NCBI GenBank assembly: GCA_002359635.1
Contig: DENJ01000043.1
Span: 2,611-66,610, forward strand
DNA length: 64,000 nucleotides
Reading direction: 5' to 3'
Source: Burkholderiales bacterium UBA2647
GTDB taxonomy: Bacteria > Pseudomonadota > Gammaproteobacteria > Burkholderiales > Burkholderiaceae_E
The notes beneath the pieces were generated by a model. That model worked only from the letters and a program-made list of their open reading frames with translations. It had not been told where the DNA came from and did no database searches. The translations under genes were made by a program, and so were the position numbers. Numbering within the stretch: the stretch's first letter is position 1; the number at the start of each line of letters is the position of its first letter. Shown piece after piece: positions 17,809 through 26,918 of the stretch.

Positions 17809-18546
17809 ATGAAAGCAAGGTTCAGCAAAGCATTGAGCATGGCTCGCCGAAATCCGAACGTTTCGCGCTTAAGCGATAGCGCTCCTTCTGTTGTGTTGCT
17901 CAGCGTTGCGCGGCTCAGAACAATTGGTCGTGCTTTTCGTCCGCTACTCGTGAGTTCGGCTTTTCTGGGGCTTTTGGGCGCTTGCGCATGGATGCCGCAT
18001 GAGCCTACAAAAGAAGAAATCGCCCAGTTGATGAAGCAATCGTTTGCAGAGCGCGGTGGCGCCAAGCTCGACCGCTTGGAGCAGTCAGCCCTGCAAAGCA
18101 TTTGTAGCGACTATACCGGCAAGGAAGTACCCAAAGCACTTAAGGAGCAACTTGAACAAGCAGCGCTTGCATCGGTGAGGTATCCTGCCGATGGGAAATA
18201 TCTTGGCGATTTCAAGAACGGTGAGCGTATTGCCCAAAGCGGTGTTGGCCTTCAGTTCTCGGACGCCCCGGGAACAGTTGCCGGTGGTAACTGCTATGCC
18301 TGCCATCAAATCAGCAAGCAGGAGCTTGCCTACGGCAATATCGGTCCTACGCTATATAACTACGGCAAGTTACGGGGCGATTCCGAGCCGATCCTTAAGT
18401 ACACGTGGGCAAGAATCTATAACGCTCATGCTTTTAACGCTTGCAATTCGATGCCACGCTTTGGCGCTGCCGGGATTCTCACTGAAGCGCAAATTAAAGA
18501 TGTGATGGCACTGTTGCTCGATCCAAAATCACCGGTTAATCAGTAA
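17809..18546 (+). CDS. soxX: Cytochrome c SoxX with an extended, lipobox-containing N-terminus
   Basis: CYACH haem motif near the C-terminal third, plus LLGAC at residues 55-59. The start codon is uncertain. Confidence 0.8.
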   Translation: MKARFSKALSMARRNPNVSRLSDSAPSVVLLSVARLRTIGRAFRPLLVSSAFLGLLGACAWMPHEPTKEEIAQLMKQSFAERGGAKLDRLEQSALQSICSDYTGKEVPKALKEQLEQAALASVRYPADGKYLGDFKNGERIAQSGVGLQFSDAPGTVAGGNCYACHQISKQELAYGNIGPTLYNYGKLRGDSEPILKYTWARIYNAHAFNACNSMPRFGAAGILTEAQIKDVMALLLDPKSPVNQ

Positions 18547-18637
18547 TCAACTTGCATCAAGCATCTGTTAGCACGATGCTCGATGCAACGGTCCATTGAT
18601 TTTCATGCCTTGATCAGCGCCTACACGGTTTAATGTG

Positions 18638-20344
18638 ATGCAAAAAAGAGAATTTCTCCATCTCCTCGGTGCTGCCTCAGCGGCAGGTATTTCCCAGCCA
18701 AGCGCTGCGAGAGCAGGCGATTCAAAGATTTCTTATGACGTTCCTGTTTTTGGTAATGTCAGCTTGATGCATTTCACCGACTGCCATGCGCAGCTGATGC
18801 CGATTTATTTTCGCGAACCCAGTGTGAATCTTGGTGTTGGCGATGCCGTAGGCAAACCGCCTCATGTGGTCGGAGATGCTTTTTTGAAGTACTACGGCAT
18901 TGCAAAAAATTCAGCGCAATCCCACGCCTTTACATACCTTGGCTTTGAGGCTGCAGCGAAACAATTTGGGAAGGTGGGAGGCTTTGCACATTTAGCAAGT
19001 CTTGTGAAACAAATACGCGCAAGTCGACCCTTCGCCTTGCTGCTTGATGGTGGCGATACTTGGCAGGGTTCGGCAACCGCGCTTTGGACAAACGGACAGG
19101 ATATGGTCGATGCCTGCAAGCTGCTCGGTGTAGACCTCATGACGGCGCACTGGGAATTCACTTACGGCGCCGATCGCGTGAAAGAGATTATTACAAAAGA
19201 TTTTAAAGGCAGTATCGAATTTCTGGCGCAAAACGTAAAGACCACAGATTTCGAAGATCCAGTGTTTGCGCCCTACAGCATGAGGCGGATCAATGGCCAG
19301 TCGGTAGCGATTATCGGCCAAGCCTTTCCCTACACGCCGATTGCGAATCCCCGCTGGATGGTCCCCGAATGGAGCTTCGGCATTCAGGACGAACGCATGC
19401 AAAAGCTTGTCGATGAAGTCCGTGGCAAAGGGGCCAAGGCGGTTGTTGTAATTTCTCATAACGGTATGGATGTTGATCTCAAAATGGCTTCACGGGTGCG
19501 CGGCATTGACGCGATACTTGGTGGCCATACACATGATGGCATGCCTGCGCCGGTGGTGATCGCCAACCCCGGCGGTAAAACCCTGGTCACCAATGCAGGA
19601 TCAAATGGCAAGTTTTTAGCCCTGCTCGATCTTGATGTGGGTCCCTCGGGGGTGAAGGATTATCGATACCGCTTGCTGCCGGTTTTTTCTAATCAGCTCA
19701 AAGCAGATCCCGCCATGCAAGCGCTGATCGAAAAGATCAGAGCGCCTTACGCGCACAAACTCAGTGAAACGTTGGCCATTAGCGACGGTCTCTTGTATCG
19801 ACGGGGTAATTTTAACGGTAGCTTTGACCAACTGATTTTGGACGCCTTAATGGATGTCAAGTCAGCTGATATTGCATTTTCGCCCGGCTTCCGATGGGGA
19901 ACCTCACTGCTTCCAGGGCAGGCAATCACCCGCGAGCATCTGATGGACCAGACTGCGATTACTTATCCGCAGGTTACCGTCAGTCAGTTTTCAGGCACCA
20001 TGATCAAGACCATTCTCGAAGATGTTGCTGATAATTTATTCAATCCCGATCCGTATTATCAGCAGGGCGGGGACATGGTGCGGGTTGGTGGTTTGCAATA
20101 CACCATTGATCCAAACGCCAAAGCGGGTTCGCGCATCAGCGATATGCGATTGGGGGAGCAGCTTTTGGATGCTGATAAATCTTATAAGGTTGCAGGCTGG
20201 GCACCAGTGGCAGAGGGCGCCAAGGGCGAGCCGATTTGGGAGCTGGTCGAGACCTGGCTTAAGGCGCAAAAGCGGGTAATAGCCCGTCGACTCAATACGC
20301 CAAGAATTCTTGGCATGGCAGGCAACCCCGGGATTGCCCCTTGA
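18638..20344 (+). CDS. soxB: Thiosulfohydrolase SoxB (dimanganese 5'-nucleotidase-like)
   Basis: Tat-like KREFLHLLGAASAAG, metallophosphoesterase motifs (HFTDCHAQL, LDGGDTWQGS, ISHNGMDVD, GGHTHD) and a 5'-nucleotidase C-terminal domain. Confidence 0.92.
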   Translation: MQKREFLHLLGAASAAGISQPSAARAGDSKISYDVPVFGNVSLMHFTDCHAQLMPIYFREPSVNLGVGDAVGKPPHVVGDAFLKYYGIAKNSAQSHAFTYLGFEAAAKQFGKVGGFAHLASLVKQIRASRPFALLLDGGDTWQGSATALWTNGQDMVDACKLLGVDLMTAHWEFTYGADRVKEIITKDFKGSIEFLAQNVKTTDFEDPVFAPYSMRRINGQSVAIIGQAFPYTPIANPRWMVPEWSFGIQDERMQKLVDEVRGKGAKAVVVISHNGMDVDLKMASRVRGIDAILGGHTHDGMPAPVVIANPGGKTLVTNAGSNGKFLALLDLDVGPSGVKDYRYRLLPVFSNQLKADPAMQALIEKIRAPYAHKLSETLAISDGLLYRRGNFNGSFDQLILDALMDVKSADIAFSPGFRWGTSLLPGQAITREHLMDQTAITYPQVTVSQFSGTMIKTILEDVADNLFNPDPYYQQGGDMVRVGGLQYTIDPNAKAGSRISDMRLGEQLLDADKSYKVAGWAPVAEGAKGEPIWELVETWLKAQKRVIARRLNTPRILGMAGNPGIAP

Positions 20345-21294
20345 CCTTGTCGTATCGCTTCAGGTGGTCGTGGCTGGTACTTTTGCTTGCCGTCACGCCA
20401 CTTTTCGCCCAGTCGATGCCCCTTGTTGCCTTGCAGGCGCTAAGCAAACAGTCCTACATGGTGCAAGGCGATTTGGGTCCAGCGTCAACCAGCAATCGGG
20501 GATTCAACGCCAATGCAGGCATTGTGATCACCGATAAAGCGGTCATCTTGATCGATGCGCTGGGCACCCCCGCACTCGCTGAGGAGCTGTTGGCTTCGAT
20601 TAGGGCTATGACAGACTTGCCGATTAGTGATGTGATTGTGACCCATTACCATGCTGATCATTATTACGGGCTTCAGGTCTTCAAACAGCTGGGCGCAAGA
20701 ATCATTGCAGCACGACCAGCACTTCAAGCAATCGGCGCGCCGGAAATGGCCGAACGATTCGCCGAAAGGAAAGTGAGCTTATCGCCTTGGGTGGACGAGA
20801 GCTTTCGGGTGATTGCCCCTGACTTGTTGATCGATAGAGCCATGCGTATGCAATTGGGCGGAGCCTGGTTTGGCCTGATTCCCGCCGGACCAGCCCATAC
20901 GCCTGAAGATCTTATGGTTTTGAGCGAGGCTGATGGGGTGCTTTTTGCGGGTGATTTGATGTTTGCGGGCCGTATTCCCTTTGTCGGCAACGCCAATACA
21001 AAGGCCTGGATCAAGGGTATTGAGGACCTGATCAGAGCACAACCCAAGGTCATTGTCGGTGGACATGGTCCCGCATCCCTGGATGCAGCCAACGACCTTG
21101 TTTTCACGCTTCAATATTTGAAGCATTTGCGGGCCACGATGGGTGCTGCGGTACAAGATCTCAAGTCTTTCGATGAGGCTTATGCCGAGATTGACTGGTC
21201 TCGCTACCGGGGCGTACCAGCCTTTGATGCGGCGCACCGGCGTAATGCCTACAATGTGTTTTTATCGATGGAACAGGAGGCCTTGCGACCATGA
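20341..21294 (+). CDS. Periplasmic MBL-fold metallohydrolase (SoxH-like)
   Basis: Signal peptide and a THYHADHYYG metal motif. The TTG start overlaps the soxB stop. Confidence 0.75.
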   Translation: MTLSYRFRWSWLVLLLAVTPLFAQSMPLVALQALSKQSYMVQGDLGPASTSNRGFNANAGIVITDKAVILIDALGTPALAEELLASIRAMTDLPISDVIVTHYHADHYYGLQVFKQLGARIIAARPALQAIGAPEMAERFAERKVSLSPWVDESFRVIAPDLLIDRAMRMQLGGAWFGLIPAGPAHTPEDLMVLSEADGVLFAGDLMFAGRIPFVGNANTKAWIKGIEDLIRAQPKVIVGGHGPASLDAANDLVFTLQYLKHLRATMGAAVQDLKSFDEAYAEIDWSRYRGVPAFDAAHRRNAYNVFLSMEQEALRP

Positions 21295-22055
21295 ATGCGC
21301 CCGATACCATGCTTGCTCAAAACCATAAGCCGCCGGATTTAAAAAGTGCCCGTGAAGATCTGACAGCTGCCTTGCGTTGGTCCGCACATCTTGGACTTAA
21401 TGAGGGTATCTGTAATCATTTTTCATACGAATGGCAGCCCGATCAATACCTGATCAACCCTCAGGGATTGCACTGGGGCGAAGTCTGTGCGAGCGATATG
21501 CTCCTGATTGACGGGCAAGGCCAGGTGATCGAGGGCCGCCATGGCATTGAACCTACGGCTTTTTTTATTCATTCCTGGATTCATCGCCTCAATCCTCATG
21601 CGAAGGCGGTCTTGCACACTCACATGCCTTATGCCACGGCCATCACATTGATTGCTGGTGGACGCCTCGCTTGGTGTAATCAGAATGCGCTGCGCTTCTG
21701 GGGTCGCGTTGGGTATGACGACACTTATAACGGTGTGGCGCTTGATGACGCTGAAGGCGAGCGGATTGCGCAAACATTGGTCGGTAAGGATGTTGTGTTT
21801 ATGGCCTCGCACGGGGTGAGCGTTGTTGGGCAGAGCATTGCTTGGGCATTTGATGATTTGTATTATCTTGAGCGTGCCTGCATGCATCAGGTGCTTGCAA
21901 GCCAGGCGGCAGCGGGTAAACCCCTGCGGATGATTCCTGAGGCCATGTGCCGCGAAACCGCGGCGCAAATTGCGGGTGAGCGTCAGCAAAGCGATCTATT
22001 TTTCCAATCGATCAAACGAATGCTCGATCGGGACCAGCCGGGCTGGCGTGATTAG
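21291..22055 (+). CDS. Class II aldolase/adducin-family protein
   Basis: NHFSY, LHTHMPYATAI and MASHGVSVVGQSIAWAFDDLYYLERAC. There is a 4-nt overlap with the upstream gene. Confidence 0.8.
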   Translation: MNAPDTMLAQNHKPPDLKSAREDLTAALRWSAHLGLNEGICNHFSYEWQPDQYLINPQGLHWGEVCASDMLLIDGQGQVIEGRHGIEPTAFFIHSWIHRLNPHAKAVLHTHMPYATAITLIAGGRLAWCNQNALRFWGRVGYDDTYNGVALDDAEGERIAQTLVGKDVVFMASHGVSVVGQSIAWAFDDLYYLERACMHQVLASQAAAGKPLRMIPEAMCRETAAQIAGERQQSDLFFQSIKRMLDRDQPGWRD

Positions 22056-22114
22056 CTTGCGCTCAAAGTGCCGCATGGCGATAGGATTGTGATGCCCGAT
22101 CCGGACCACTGGCG

Positions 22115-23233
22115 CTAGCTTGTTGTTGGAAAGCCTTGACTCGCCTCAATGGCCAGGGCGATTTGTTCACCTTGCTTACGAGCGGTTGTCCACTTCCCGC
22201 CCAAAAGACTCACGATTTTCCCGTGGGTAAGCAGGACTGACTCCCGGCTTATGGTGCGCGTGTTTTTCGCCGCCTGGCTTCGTTCGAGCACCAAAGGCCG
22301 CAGGCCAGCCATGGTCTGTATGATCTCGCGGGGTTCAATGCGCGGACTCACGAAGCGATTATGTAGTTCAATGAGTTCATCGATTTCTCGCTGTGAGGGC
22401 TTGATGGGCTCACTGGGATCCTCTGAAGACGCTGCGACCTCGGTGGTGCCTAAAAGTGCGCAGCCCTTATAAGGCAGATAAAACACAACCCTGCCATCGT
22501 GCTGCTGAAACAGGCAGCCCGCCTTCAGCGGCCGATCAACCACCAGATGACTCCCCCGAAGCGCAAGCAAATCGTATGGGCTCTCAAGCTCGCTTCGCGT
22601 TAAGAGGTGATGCGACCATGGGCCGGCCGCATTGACAAGATGATCGAAGGTCTCAAGGCCTTGTTCGGTTTCCATGCGCCCGTCATTGAAGAGCCGCTCA
22701 ACGCGGCAGGCCTTGTGCAGCTTAAGACCCCGCTCCTGAAGACGGGCCAGGGCCCATAGTCCCAGGGCTTCATCGTCCATCGATGCATCCCAATAGCTGA
22801 TCGCACCCACAAGCCCCTCACTGCGCAATCCCGGGATCGCCTGCATCACCTGACTTGGTTCATGACGCCGAGACAAGGGCATCTTGGATCCGATTGCAAG
22901 CAAGTCATAGAGCAGGGTGCCTGCTCGAATGACCCAGGGACTTCGACCGGTATTTTTGTAACAAGGGATGTAGATTTGAAGCGGCGCCGCAAGGCCGGTT
23001 TGCTGAGAAAGCCACCAATGCCGCTCGAGCAAGGCTTCCCTGATCAAACCAAACGCACCTTGCTCGAGATAGCGAAGGCCACCATGAAGCATTTTGCTTG
23101 AGGCGCGACTTGTTGCATGCATGGGTCTCAACGCTTCAAAAAGACTCACCTCATAGCCTCGTTCGATGAGGGCCCAGCCCGCCATCACGCCATTGATGCC
23201 GGCACCGACGATTGCTACGCGTGAATGCTTCAT
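22115..23233 (-). CDS. FAD-dependent oxidoreductase (DAO / glycerol-3-phosphate dehydrogenase-like)
   Basis: The dinucleotide fold VAIVGAGINGVMAGWAL follows Met34, and SSKMLHGGLRYLE is present. Confidence 0.8.
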   Translation of the reverse strand: MKHSRVAIVGAGINGVMAGWALIERGYEVSLFEALRPMHATSRASSKMLHGGLRYLEQGAFGLIREALLERHWWLSQQTGLAAPLQIYIPCYKNTGRSPWVIRAGTLLYDLLAIGSKMPLSRRHEPSQVMQAIPGLRSEGLVGAISYWDASMDDEALGLWALARLQERGLKLHKACRVERLFNDGRMETEQGLETFDHLVNAAGPWSHHLLTRSELESPYDLLALRGSHLVVDRPLKAGCLFQQHDGRVVFYLPYKGCALLGTTEVAASSEDPSEPIKPSQREIDELIELHNRFVSPRIEPREIIQTMAGLRPLVLERSQAAKNTRTISRESVLLTHGKIVSLLGGKWTTARKQGEQIALAIEASQGFPTTS

Positions 23234-23280
23234 CCGCGGTATTCTATTCAGTCTTGTGTTGCCATTTGCAGGCTCCAGCC

Positions 23281-24759
23281 ATGAAACTGAATGATTTACA
23301 GATTTTGATCGATCGACAGTGGGATGAATCAATCCTTCCGGAATTGGTCGAGTACGTCAAAATTCCCGCAAAATCGCCGGCCTTCGATCCAGCCTGGGAT
23401 GCCCACGGGCATTTGAAATCGGTGGTTGACATGGCCTATGCTTGGGCCAAGGCGCAGGCAAGCAAACCCGGGGAAACGCCGGTCTTGGCCGGTATGGCCC
23501 TGGAAATTATCAATATCGATGGCAAAACACCTTGTATTTTTTTTGATATTCCGGCAACAGGTCATTTTGGCTCAGATCGGACCACGCTCTTTTATGGACA
23601 CCTGGATAAGCAGCCCGAGATGAGCGGCTGGAAAGATCATCTCGGTCCCTGGAAGCCTGTCATTGAGCATGGAAGGCTTTATGGCAGAGGCAGTGCCGAT
23701 GATGGTTATGCGATTTATGCGACGTTTTCTGCGCTTGCAAGCCTTGATCGTCAGGCGATTGCTCGACCGCGCTGTCTTGGCATCATCGAGACCTGTGAGG
23801 AGAGCGGGTCGCCGGATCTGCCGGCTTATTTAGAACATTTGAAGCCGCGTTTAGGGGATGTGAGTCTTGTGATCGGGCTTGACTCAGGTTGTGGGAACTA
23901 CGAGCAATTATGGGTTACGACGTCGCTACGGGGCTTGGTCGGCGGGGTGCTCTCGGTTGAGATTCTTGAAGAAGGCGTGCACTCGGGCAGTGCCAGTGGC
24001 ATCGTGCCATCCTCGTTTCGAATTGCGCGTAAGCTTTTGAATCGACTCGATGATGTGGATAACGGCCGCGTGCTTGCCGAAGTGTTTCACGCCGTGATTC
24101 CTCCATCGCGAATCGCCCAGGCCGAGCAAGCCGGCGCGATTCTTGGCGATATGATTTGGAAACAATTTCCCTGGGTCAGCTGTTCGCATGCGCCAGCGGG
24201 CCATGAGCAGGCCTGCCTGAGCGCACAGCCGATGAGCACCGATCCAGTGGAAGCCATTCTGAACCGTACCTGGCGACCAGCCCTATCAGTGACCGGCGCG
24301 GCGTCCCTGCCCTCATTGGATATGGCAGGCAATGTCCTGCGGCCTAAAACGGTCTTAAAATTATCGATGCGCATCCCGCCAACGGTTGACGCAGAAAAGG
24401 CCAGTGATGAACTCAAGCAAATCCTTGAGCGTGATGCACCTTATCAGGCACGGGTTCGCTTTGAGGCAGACTGGGCAGCCTCAGGATGGCATGCGCCTCC
24501 GATGCCTGCAAGGCTGGGGCAACTGTTGGATGATTTATCAATGGCATCATTTTCAAAACCCGCAGCCTATATGGGCGAAGGCGGCACCATTCCCTTCATG
24601 AATATGTTGGGCCAACATTTTCCTCAAGCTCAGTTTTTGATTACCGGTGTGCTGGGCCCGCATTCCAATGCACACGGCCCAAACGAGTTTCTCGATATTG
24701 CCTATGCCAAAGCACTTACGGGCTTGGTTGCAGGGCTGGTGTGCCAGGCGCAGGACTAA
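23281..24759 (+). CDS. M20-family metallopeptidase/dipeptidase
   Basis: LFYGHLDKQPE, YGRGSADDGYAIYA and IETCEESGS. The start is at Met24. Confidence 0.8.
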   Translation: MKLNDLQILIDRQWDESILPELVEYVKIPAKSPAFDPAWDAHGHLKSVVDMAYAWAKAQASKPGETPVLAGMALEIINIDGKTPCIFFDIPATGHFGSDRTTLFYGHLDKQPEMSGWKDHLGPWKPVIEHGRLYGRGSADDGYAIYATFSALASLDRQAIARPRCLGIIETCEESGSPDLPAYLEHLKPRLGDVSLVIGLDSGCGNYEQLWVTTSLRGLVGGVLSVEILEEGVHSGSASGIVPSSFRIARKLLNRLDDVDNGRVLAEVFHAVIPPSRIAQAEQAGAILGDMIWKQFPWVSCSHAPAGHEQACLSAQPMSTDPVEAILNRTWRPALSVTGAASLPSLDMAGNVLRPKTVLKLSMRIPPTVDAEKASDELKQILERDAPYQARVRFEADWAASGWHAPPMPARLGQLLDDLSMASFSKPAAYMGEGGTIPFMNMLGQHFPQAQFLITGVLGPHSNAHGPNEFLDIAYAKALTGLVAGLVCQAQD

Positions 24760-24794
24760 ACCACTTTAACGCTTTCTTCGAAAAGGAGCACCCA

Positions 24795-25559
24795 ATGAAA
24801 AGCTTGAAACATTTACTTGCCCTTGTGATCACCGCAGGCTTTAGTACAGCTTTGCTGGCTGACGGCAAGGGCAAGGCTGCGCATTGGACTTATGAGGGTG
24901 CGCATGGGCCCGAACGCTGGGCCGCGCTGGCGCCAGAGAACGCCAAGTGCAGTCAGGGTAAAACGCAATCGCCCGTGAACATCACGGACCGCGATGTGAT
25001 TGTTTCTGATCTTGAATCGATACAGTTCCACTATCAACCTTCAACCTTTCGTTTCGAGCATAACGGTCACACGCTTCAAGTGACTCCTTCAGGCGAGAAT
25101 TTCGTGGTGATCCGTGGCACGCGCTACAACCTGCTGCAGTTTCATTTCCACGCACCCAGTGAAGAAAAGATTAATTTCCGTAATTTCTCAATGGTTGCGC
25201 ATTTCGTGCACAAGAGCGCCGAAGGACGACTTGCCGTGGTCGGCGTCTTGCTCGATGCAGGTGGTTCAAATCCTGCGATGGATCATTTGTGGGCGCACCT
25301 GCCTTTATCGAAAGGCGATACGGTTGAGCCTAAGTCGGCGTCGCTCGATATGAATCAAATGCTTCCTAAGGAACGGGGTTACTTTCAGTTCATGGGTTCA
25401 TTGACAACACCGCCATGCACTGAAGGTGTTTTGTGGACATTGTTTCAGGAGCCTGTGAAGATTCGCCCCGAGCAGGCCAGTGTTTTTCTCAAAGTGGTTG
25501 GCATGAATGCAAGGCCTGTTCAGCCTTTGAATCAGCGGGTTGTACGTTTTTCTCGCTAG
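24795..25559 (+). CDS. Alpha-class carbonic anhydrase, secreted
   Basis: Signal peptide, HWTYEG..GPERW, QSPVNI, LQFHFHAPSEE and GSLTTPPCTEGVLW, with an SD AAGGAG. Confidence 0.9.
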   Translation: MKSLKHLLALVITAGFSTALLADGKGKAAHWTYEGAHGPERWAALAPENAKCSQGKTQSPVNITDRDVIVSDLESIQFHYQPSTFRFEHNGHTLQVTPSGENFVVIRGTRYNLLQFHFHAPSEEKINFRNFSMVAHFVHKSAEGRLAVVGVLLDAGGSNPAMDHLWAHLPLSKGDTVEPKSASLDMNQMLPKERGYFQFMGSLTTPPCTEGVLWTLFQEPVKIRPEQASVFLKVVGMNARPVQPLNQRVVRFSR

Positions 25560-25722
25560 GACTCAGGCAAAAGGGTTTGCCGCTGAACATTTCGTTCATG
25601 GCATGGCAATCCATAACGACAACATGAACATTTCGATGGAGATCGGCGTGAACAAAATCCATGTACAAAAGTTTTTCCCGGAGTCGCCCGGCCAACAAGC
25701 AGCATGCGCTTCAGAGCGATCA

Positions 25723-26721
25723 ATGGTCTGCACGCTTCAGCGTTCTAAGCGCGTTGCCCGCCGTGGACTGCTCGCGGCTGCTTTTGCGGCAGCGAGCTTT
25801 TTGAGCGGTGCTGTTGTCTATGCTCAAAATACCATATCGATAGGTACGGGCGGTACAGGCGGTGTGTACTATCCGCTCGGTGGCGGTATCGCCGCTGCAT
25901 TGTCCAAACATATTCCCGGCATGGCTGCCACTGCAGAAGTCACAGGCGGCTCGGTCGACAATCTCAAGTTGGTGGGCAGTGGCAAGCCTTATCTGGCCAT
26001 GACCATGGCCGATGCTGCAAAGGATGCGATTGAAGGTGCCGATAAATTCAAGGCTACGGGCAAGGTCGATGCAAAAACCCTGTTGGTGCTTTATCCCAAT
26101 CGGATGCATGTGGTCACGGTCGATGGCACCAACATCACGAAGTTTTCCGATTTGAAAGGAAAGCGGGTATCAACAGGATCCCCTGGTAGTGCGACCGAAG
26201 TGATGGCATTTCGCCTGATTGAGGCAGCCGGTATGGATAAGGACCGGGATATGAAGCGGGAGCGCCTGGGCGTGGCCGAGTCGGTGAATGCGATTAAGGA
26301 TCGAAAAATCGATGCTTTCTTTTGGGTAGGCGGTCTTCCTACCGGGGCGGTGACCGATCTGGCGAATTCACCCGGTATGAAAATTAAGATGATTGATCAT
26401 GATGATCTCGTTGCCGCCATGAACAAAAAGTATGGCAACTTGTACTACGGTGATGTGATTGCGAAATCGGTTTATCAGGGCATGGCGAGCGACAACAAGA
26501 TGGCATCGGTTGCTAACTTGCTTGTTGCACCGGCCAAGATGAGCAATGAACAGGCTTATGCCATTGTCAAAACGATTATCGAGCGCCGTGATGACTTGAT
26601 CGCCGTGCATAAAGAAGCGGCAAATATCAAGCTCGAGAATCAGAGGGTCTCCGCCAGCCCGGTCCCTTACCATCCAGGCGCCAGGAAGTATCTTGAGGAG
26701 AAAGGTATCAAGCTCGACTGA
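25723..26721 (+). CDS. TAXI-family TRAP transporter solute receptor
   Basis: GTGGTGGVYYPLGGGIA, GSVDNLKLV and VSTGSPGSATEVM. The start is at Met62, before the signal peptide. Confidence 0.88.
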   Translation: MVCTLQRSKRVARRGLLAAAFAAASFLSGAVVYAQNTISIGTGGTGGVYYPLGGGIAAALSKHIPGMAATAEVTGGSVDNLKLVGSGKPYLAMTMADAAKDAIEGADKFKATGKVDAKTLLVLYPNRMHVVTVDGTNITKFSDLKGKRVSTGSPGSATEVMAFRLIEAAGMDKDRDMKRERLGVAESVNAIKDRKIDAFFWVGGLPTGAVTDLANSPGMKIKMIDHDDLVAAMNKKYGNLYYGDVIAKSVYQGMASDNKMASVANLLVAPAKMSNEQAYAIVKTIIERRDDLIAVHKEAANIKLENQRVSASPVPYHPGARKYLEEKGIKLD

Positions 26722-26833
26722 TTGAATCTACGGCAAGTCGTTACTGAAATCGCTTATTCAGTACCCATTGTTGTAAAAAGCAGGTCTCATGTCGGCGCCT
26801 TGTTGTCGCCGATATGGGGCCTGTGCGCTTTGT

Positions 26834-26892
26834 GGGACGACGGTTGTTTCTGGGCTCACTGTTGTTTGTGGGGCTACTGTTGTTTGTGGGGC
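26834..26892. repeat. Three tandem 18-19-bp units (GGGCTNACTGTTGTTTGTG-like) in the TAXI receptor-permease spacer
   Basis: Read directly: gggacgacggttgtttct / gggctcactgttgtttgtg / gggctactgttgtttgtg, then gggc. Confidence 0.85.
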
Positions 26893-26918
26893 TTTGATCT
26901 GAATCATGGAGTGTTTCT

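Noticed and set aside
26834-26892. Short tandem repeats (here and at 16841, 47647, 50833 and 54867) as CRISPR arrays or minisatellite-type mobile elements
   Set aside because: The units are contiguous with no spacers. There are only 2-3 copies of 13-22 bp, no cas genes, and no terminal inverted repeats or transposase.
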